A stretch of DNA of 64,000 nucleotides, from the IMG/VR virus record IMGVR_UViG_3300035685_000002, positions 1 to 64,000 of that record. One strand, written 5' to 3'. The translations under genes and the position numbers were made by a program. The notes below the pieces were generated by a model. That model had not been told where the DNA came from and did no database searches. It saw only the letters and a list, made by a program, of their open reading frames with translations. Source of the DNA: a virus. Its lineage: Duplodnaviria > Caudoviricetes. This document shows positions 59,306 to 64,000 of the stretch, in pieces (within the stretch, counting starts at the first letter, position 1; every line of letters begins with the position of its first letter).

Positions 59306-60758
59306 AGAAAAGCGATGTTGAAAGCCCACGTCTTTTAAGCGTGGGATGAAAACGAGCGACTGTTTAGGTTGCGAAATTTATTCCGCCAGTTCCTCCTTAA
59401 TGATACAATAACTAACACAGGGAGGTGATTCTATTGTTTGGATGTCAGCAAGTTTTAATTCATACAAACAAAGATACTCAATCAATAATCGAGTATCTTT
59501 GTAGCGAGTCGAACAAAGTATTCAACTGTGCTGTGTATTATGCTCGTCAAGTATATTTCAAGGCGCACAGATATGTCACCAAAGCCGAATTAGATGATGA
59601 ATTGAAGACTAATCGGCATTTTCAAGCCATGTATTCTCAGGCGGCTCAACAAACTTGTCATAGTGTCTTTGAAGGTTTTAAGTCTTTCAAAGCTCTCAAC
59701 AAGTTATTTAGGCAGGGGAAGTTAGCAGAAAAGCCTAGACCTCCCAAATATCGCAAAGGTGGTTTGAATATTGTTAGCTATCCCAGGCAAGCTCTGAAAT
59801 TGATAGATGGACAGATTCGTATTCCTCTGGGAACTAAAGTCAAAGCTTGGTTTGGTATTGATTCATTCACAATCCCTATGCCAAGCAATTTAGACTTTAA
59901 GGACATCCGGGAATTAAGGATACTTCCCAGAAATCAGTGTTTCTATGCTGAGTTTGTCTACAAGCTAAATGCAGTGGAGACCCACCTCGATCCTGACAGC
60001 GCCTTGGCAATCGACCCAGGTATGGATAACTGGTTAACTTGTATTTCCACAGTTGGAACCAGTTTTATCATTGATGGAAAACACGTTAAATCTTTGAATC
60101 GCTGGTACAACAAAAAGGTTTCAACGATTAAAGAAAGCAAGCCTCAAGGATTCTGGTCTAAAAAGTTAGCACATCTAACGGAGAAAAGAAACCGTCAGAT
60201 GCGCGACGCTGTTAATAAGGCAGCAAAACTGGTAATCAATCACTGCATTGAGAATAATATTGGAACCATTGTTTTTGGCTGGAACCAAGGACAAAAACAA
60301 GAATCAAACCTTGGTTCCAAGAATAATCAAAAATGGGTACAGGTTCCTACGGCTCGACTCAAAGGACGAATTTCCCAATTGTGCGAACAGCATGGGATTC
60401 GATTTGTGGAAACCGAGGAATCATACACCTCCAAATGCTCGTTTGTTGATGACGATTATCTCCCGAAATATGGTGAAAAACCCACGAACTGGAAGCCGTC
60501 AGGAAAGCGAGTGAAACGCGGTTTATATAGAACTGCTCTCAATTGGTATGTGAATGCGGACTGTAACGCCGCAGGAAACATATTGAGGAAAGTAGCGACG
60601 ATACTTGGATTTAATCTAAGTGGAGTTGGTAGGGTGCTTTTGACAGCACCCCAGAGAATTAAACTCTGGTCAGCTAAGAAGACGCGGAGGGACGCGGTTT
60701 TAACCCGTCCCGAAGTATCCTCTTAGAATCCCCCGTACTTCAGTCGGGGGAGTGTCAA
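59306..60758 (+). mobile_element. IS200/IS605-family tnpB-only element (IS1341-like)
   Basis: Inserted 3' of TTAC with no target duplication. Left hairpin AAAGCCCACG..CGTGGG; right hairpin CCCCCG..CGGGGG ending in TCAA. Confidence 0.88.
59434..60726 (+). CDS. tnpB: RNA-guided endonuclease TnpB
   Basis: RuvC I IDPG, ETEESYTSK, NADCNAAGNI; GGAGGT RBS before TTG at 59434. Confidence 0.92.
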   Translation: MFGCQQVLIHTNKDTQSIIEYLCSESNKVFNCAVYYARQVYFKAHRYVTKAELDDELKTNRHFQAMYSQAAQQTCHSVFEGFKSFKALNKLFRQGKLAEKPRPPKYRKGGLNIVSYPRQALKLIDGQIRIPLGTKVKAWFGIDSFTIPMPSNLDFKDIRELRILPRNQCFYAEFVYKLNAVETHLDPDSALAIDPGMDNWLTCISTVGTSFIIDGKHVKSLNRWYNKKVSTIKESKPQGFWSKKLAHLTEKRNRQMRDAVNKAAKLVINHCIENNIGTIVFGWNQGQKQESNLGSKNNQKWVQVPTARLKGRISQLCEQHGIRFVETEESYTSKCSFVDDDYLPKYGEKPTNWKPSGKRVKRGLYRTALNWYVNADCNAAGNILRKVATILGFNLSGVGRVLLTAPQRIKLWSAKKTRRDAVLTRPEVSS

Positions 60759-60966
60759 CTCATCGAGGCGAATTTTTAGTTCTGGATACTGGGCAAACAC
60801 TGGATGATTGGACATTAGCTCTACAATCTCACCGAGCAAGTAGCCGCGCTCTAGGGCTTCTATGAAATGTCCGTTGTTGAGTGGTTCTCGCATACTTGTA
60901 ACACCTGTGCATTTGTTTATTGTAGATACAGAAAAACCCCTTCTCGGCATGAGGAGGGGTTTTTGA

Positions 60967-61584
60967 TTAGGCGATCGCAATCATTACTGATTCAGGATCT
61001 TCTAGGTTATCTAGGGCATCATTTACTGCTCGCTCGGCACCCATTCCAGGAAATCTATCTTCAAGCATTAACTCGATTTCGTCGAAATCAATCCCTTGTT
61101 CTTCGCAGTAGGCACGGGCTTCGTCTAGGAAAACTTCTAGCTCTGCTTCGTAATTAGCGTTGTGCGCTTTATCTGCACAGTAATCACTGCAAAATGACTC
61201 GTCCATATCGCTGCCGTAGATATCCCAGGCACGGAAAGGATCTTCTGGAAGAACTTCTCCACACTGATCGCAGTAACCTTTCTCGATATCGAGTTCTTTG
61301 GCTCGCTGCTTCAGAAAGTCTGGATCACATGATCCAAAATGCACTGTCATGCCTGTAGTATTTCCCATGCCGATGATAATCTCCTCGTCGGGGCAGTCTT
61401 TCTGCCATTGGGTTTGGATCTTAATTGCAACCTCAACAGCTTCCACCGCTGAGTTGTAGGTCTTACCCTCCCCCTCGTATTTTTCAACAAGGGCACCGGG
61501 ATTAACGTAGTCATAACTCCCTTTGGAGATTTCTACTGTGTAATCGCCGTCTGGGTATTGAATCTGTCTTGTAACTGTCCACAT
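60967..61584 (-). CDS. acidic protein with a CxxC..CxxxC zinc finger
   Basis: CDQCG..FCSDYCA; promoter-like motif at 61600-61622. Confidence 0.65.
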   Translation of the reverse strand: MWTVTRQIQYPDGDYTVEISKGSYDYVNPGALVEKYEGEGKTYNSAVEAVEVAIKIQTQWQKDCPDEEIIIGMGNTTGMTVHFGSCDPDFLKQRAKELDIEKGYCDQCGEVLPEDPFRAWDIYGSDMDESFCSDYCADKAHNANYEAELEVFLDEARAYCEEQGIDFDEIELMLEDRFPGMGAERAVNDALDNLEDPESVMIAIA

Positions 61585-61862
61585 ATATTTGTTATCTGTG
61601 TTTACAATATTATTTTATCACACTATATACCGTATTAATACTAATTGCTTTTGCGAATTACTGAGGGTTGATAAATATGGCACTTTTTGAGTTACGATTA
61701 ACTTGAGGCGAAGAACCGTGCTAGCAGCGAGGCGATTCGTGGCTCAGGTATTTGGGAGAACCTATCCTAGGGCAACCTCTGTTTACCGATGCTAGCGAAC
61801 AAAGAAGCGGCGTAGTCCCTACAAACTGCGCCGCTCTTGTTTTGTTTAATAAAGGTTTATTA

Positions 61863-62291
61863 CTAGAACGAACTCTCTACGGTTTCAGTGCTCCAGACGA
61901 ATCGCCCGCCCCGGAACTTGAGGCTGGACTGGATAGAGACAAGCGATCGCTTCTTCTCCAAAGAATCCATTAGACCAGGAAAAATCTGCTGGCAGTAAGC
62001 GAGAGTCTTTTGCAGCTCTGTCTGCCGTTGCTCCTCCCACCCTTCCAGGAGTTTGCTGCGACCGGGGATTTTTGCCATGTCGTGGAGGGAAAGTTTATGG
62101 CGATCGCTTCCCTTGACTTCAACAGAGATATCGCTAGTCTTCCGTTGGAAGAACACCACAACTTCCCCCAGTCCATCCGCTTGAGAGTGTTCCAAGGCTT
62201 GAAGTATGAACGGCTCTAGGGCTGAAATAATATCTTTGGGTTTCGAGCTGTTACCTTTGCGGTAACCAACAAATTGAGAGCTTACGGTCAT
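61863..62291 (-). CDS. hypothetical protein
   Basis: Directly downstream of the gp25-like gene; ends at a palindrome copy. Confidence 0.55.
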   Translation of the reverse strand: MTVSSQFVGYRKGNSSKPKDIISALEPFILQALEHSQADGLGEVVVFFQRKTSDISVEVKGSDRHKLSLHDMAKIPGRSKLLEGWEEQRQTELQKTLAYCQQIFPGLMDSLEKKRSLVSIQSSLKFRGGRFVWSTETVESSF

Positions 62292-62293
62292 TG

Positions 62294-62773
62294 TCAGAAT
62301 CTGTGTAGGGGGTGTTCGTCTAGATAGATTTCATCAAGGAAGGAGCCAACGTCACCATTCCAGATTGCTCCCTGGTAGGAGTAGAAGGGGAAGGTCAGCA
62401 GATGGCGATCCGGTTCGCCTTTTGGGGTGAAGTAGATTTCTGTTCTTAGAGCATTCTGGTAGTTTGTGTATTCTGACACCCGGACAAATAGCTGATCTAA
62501 CCCCGCCACCCATCGCTTGATCTCCGACTCTGCGTGATAGACCCAGTATTCTGGCGCGTAGTTCGACAGTGGCTCGAAGAGATCTACAGCGATACCGAAA
62601 TCTGGATGCAAGGGGTCTTCACCTTTTTTGATCAAGCACACGGAAATGATGGCATGGCTGATCGTCCGCACTCCGGACACTATGTTCATGTTCCCGTATT
62701 CGTCATAAGGAAGCCAGAGTGACCAAGCATTGCCATAAAATCCGTAGAGATTGGAGGCGGAGAGTAGGGGCAT
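62294..62773 (-). CDS. baseplate wedge/sheath initiator, GPW/gp25-like
   Basis: I.HAI..V..IKKGE.PLHPDFG..DLFEP and I.RW match the gp25 signature, which implies a contractile tail. Confidence 0.72.
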   Translation of the reverse strand: MPLLSASNLYGFYGNAWSLWLPYDEYGNMNIVSGVRTISHAIISVCLIKKGEDPLHPDFGIAVDLFEPLSNYAPEYWVYHAESEIKRWVAGLDQLFVRVSEYTNYQNALRTEIYFTPKGEPDRHLLTFPFYSYQGAIWNGDVGSFLDEIYLDEHPLHRF

Positions 62774-62876
62774 GAAAAAACCGACCAAGGGTCGGCTCTT
62801 TGATAAGGAGCTTATTTCTCAATAGTATTAAGGTTGGACAGGTGGTAATAAACCTTTATTAACAACCCACAAAAGT

Positions 62877-63176
62877 ATGGATAATACATCCTGGTTTTTG
62901 GTTAGCATTCGAGCTACCTGGGGCGAGTACGAGCAAGTTCAACAGATTCGAGAAGAAAATAGGCGATACCCAAAATTGGCTTATTTTGAGGGAGTACTTG
63001 AATTGCAAGGCAGCCTAGCTTCATTTACGCCTGAAATTCTTTCATTTATTGATCAGCTACTAATTACACCCGATAGTCTAGTAAGTGCTATGATTACCAG
63101 TGATTCTCTGGAAGAATTTCTGGACTATGGTCAAACGAAGCAATTGCTTGATTTAACGTTACAAAACAACCTCTAA
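62877..63176 (+). CDS. hypothetical protein
   Basis: 99-aa ORF after a palindrome copy. Confidence 0.5.
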   Translation: MDNTSWFLVSIRATWGEYEQVQQIREENRRYPKLAYFEGVLELQGSLASFTPEILSFIDQLLITPDSLVSAMITSDSLEEFLDYGQTKQLLDLTLQNNL

Positions 63177-63201
63177 ACCAAAGGTTGTTTTGTTTGATTA
63201 C

Positions 63202-63459
63202 CTAGATGTTTTTCTCTAGATGCTTTTTGTAAACTCCTGCAACATCCTCTTCAGTTAATCCGAGAATTTCACCAATCCTTGCTATGGATTCAATTCGGTT
63301 TGAGTCTAGATAGTTTTTCTGTGCCTCCTCAATTTCTTTTGTATCCATGCCGAGAATTTCTCCAGCTTCTTTTAATCTACCAAGAGGTGTTTCAGACGTT
63401 AATTCGGCTTCGGTAATTAGGTTTATGCTATCTACCACTTTTTTGTGAAATTCTTCCAT
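63202..63459 (-). CDS. hypothetical protein with a two-copy GEILG repeat
   Basis: AGEILGMD.. and IGEILGLT..; promoter-like motif upstream. Confidence 0.55.
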   Translation of the reverse strand: MEEFHKKVVDSINLITEAELTSETPLGRLKEAGEILGMDTKEIEEAQKNYLDSNRIESIARIGEILGLTEEDVAGVYKKHLEKNI

Positions 63460-63585
63460 TATTTACTCGTTTTTTAGATATCAATACTACTATTTTATCC
63501 CAAAAATACATATATCAATCGAGCGATCGGTAATAAACCTTTATTAGTTGCCAAAGCAAAAGCTCCCCAACTGGGGAGCCTCTGA

Positions 63586-64000
63586 CTAGTAATCTAGTCG
63601 GCCATCCTCAAGGAATCGCCATTGATTGGCTTCAATAGCCTCCTTGATGACTTCTTCCTTCATAGAATGCTCAATGTCTAGATACCCAAGTCTTTCAAGT
63701 TCCTTGGAGCGATCGCAGACATCTTCTTCAATACATCTGGTTAGCTTGTTCAGGGCTTCCACAACTTCTATGGGTACTGGGTAATCATTACCCTGGTCGT
63801 ATTCCATCACAACCATCATTGATTTGTGGTGGTGATAGTGATTGGATTTTCCTGCGATACTGATCGAAACATCCCATTCCTCTATGATTTGGCTGAGTCC
63901 TGGTTTGTCTGGACAGATGCGAGGAAGTAATATATCCCAATCACTGATCCGACCGTAGAACGCTACTCCATCACCTTGGCAATAGCTGAGAGAAAATCGG
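63586..64000 (-). CDS. hypothetical phage protein, 5' end outside the window
   Basis: The frame stays open to the window edge (FSLSYCQGDGVAFYG) and ends with ANQWRFLEDG. Confidence 0.65.
   Translation of the reverse strand, partial: RFSLSYCQGDGVAFYGRISDWDILLPRICPDKPGLSQIIEEWDVSISIAGKSNHYHHHKSMMVVMEYDQGNDYPVPIEVVEALNKLTRCIEEDVCDRSKELERLGYLDIEHSMKEEVIKEAIEANQWRFLEDGRLDY

Larger units (their letters stand above)
59213..60893 (-). pseudogene. 75-aa phage gene interrupted by the tnpB element
   Basis: Joining 60893-60759 to 59305-59213 restores an in-frame ORF: MREPLNN...KIRLDE|VKGLVGDLYQEIG...DRDE*. Confidence 0.8.
749..61622. promoter_or_regulatory. recurrent promoter-like motif TGTGATAAAATA, often with GTAAAC about 6-9 nt downstream (extended -10)
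   Basis: Plus-strand copies at 749, 2082, 13759, 15590, 15979, 22875, 48733 and 57467. Minus-strand copies near 1703, 9234, 10804, 51136, 51704, 56282 and 61611. All lie just upstream of a gene on the same strand. Confidence 0.8.
198..63546. repeat. dispersed 16-bp palindrome TAATAAA(GG/CC)TTTATTA, about 36 copies
   Basis: Intergenic or junction copies start at 198, 2058, 3100, 3746, 6677, 8699, 12807, 13058, 13740, 14530, 15572, 16599, 17769, 18887, 21107, 23410, 26398, 44582, 46740, 49435, 51159, 57425, 61847, 62846 and 63531. Intragenic copies start at 5755, 28546, 30526, 32041, 39232, 39610, 40786, 48171, 52564, 55387 and 58778. Confidence 0.95.
1048..63716. repeat. HIP1 octamer GCGATCGC, dozens of copies
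   Basis: Examples at 1048, 2674 and 4829, with many more throughout coding and non-coding DNA; a cyanobacterial hallmark. Confidence 0.95.

Noticed and set aside
59306-60758. IStron (self-splicing intron-IS) that would rescue the interrupted gene
   Set aside because: There are only about 130 bp before tnpB, leaving no room for a group I intron core, and the element is antisense to the interrupted gene.
18908-62773. Extracellular contractile injection system or tailocin rather than a phage
   Set aside because: Terminase small subunit, DnaE, RNR, ThyX and dUTPase point to a replicating, DNA-packaging phage.
198-63546. 16-bp palindrome as CRISPR repeats or integron attC sites
   Set aside because: Copies are dispersed hundreds to thousands of bp apart, many are intragenic, they are too short, and there are no cas or integrase genes or attC structure in the window.
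1-64000. tRNA, rRNA, reverse transcriptase/DGR or retron
   Set aside because: No cloverleaf, rRNA-like sequence or RT motifs recognised by eye; tRNAscan-SE and Infernal would be needed to exclude them fully.

Overview
A 64-kb segment of a large, probably temperate or plasmid-like tailed phage (or prophage) of a cyanobacterium. The host is inferred from the dense HIP1 octamer GCGATCGC and a cyanobacterial-type DnaE. Recognisable genes: a HaeIII-like C5 methyltransferase, an MT-A70 methyltransferase, RNase HII, a divergent cyanophage-type class I ribonucleotide reductase (alpha and beta), dUTPase, ThyX, a HAD phosphatase, terminase small subunit, a 6028-aa tape measure protein with an embedded J-domain, a gp25-like baseplate protein, an unsplit DnaE, a BstA-like protein and two IS200/IS605 tnpB elements. 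Main finding: seven otherwise unrelated proteins around the tail genes share a short N-terminal leader (helix, often AA, then [FE]WDK..WVxRxxxG[RK]F). The leader is fused to different toxin-type domains (EndoU, HipA/PI3K-like kinase, alpha/beta hydrolase, JAB, zincin peptidase, hydrophobic pore-like tail), and five of the seven have a small, tightly linked downstream partner gene. This looks like a MuF-independent, virion-delivered polymorphic effector/immunity system. Second, a 16-bp palindrome TAATAAA(GG/CC)TTTATTA occurs about 36 times, both at gene junctions and inside coding sequences. All product calls come from motif recognition by eye; no searches were run.
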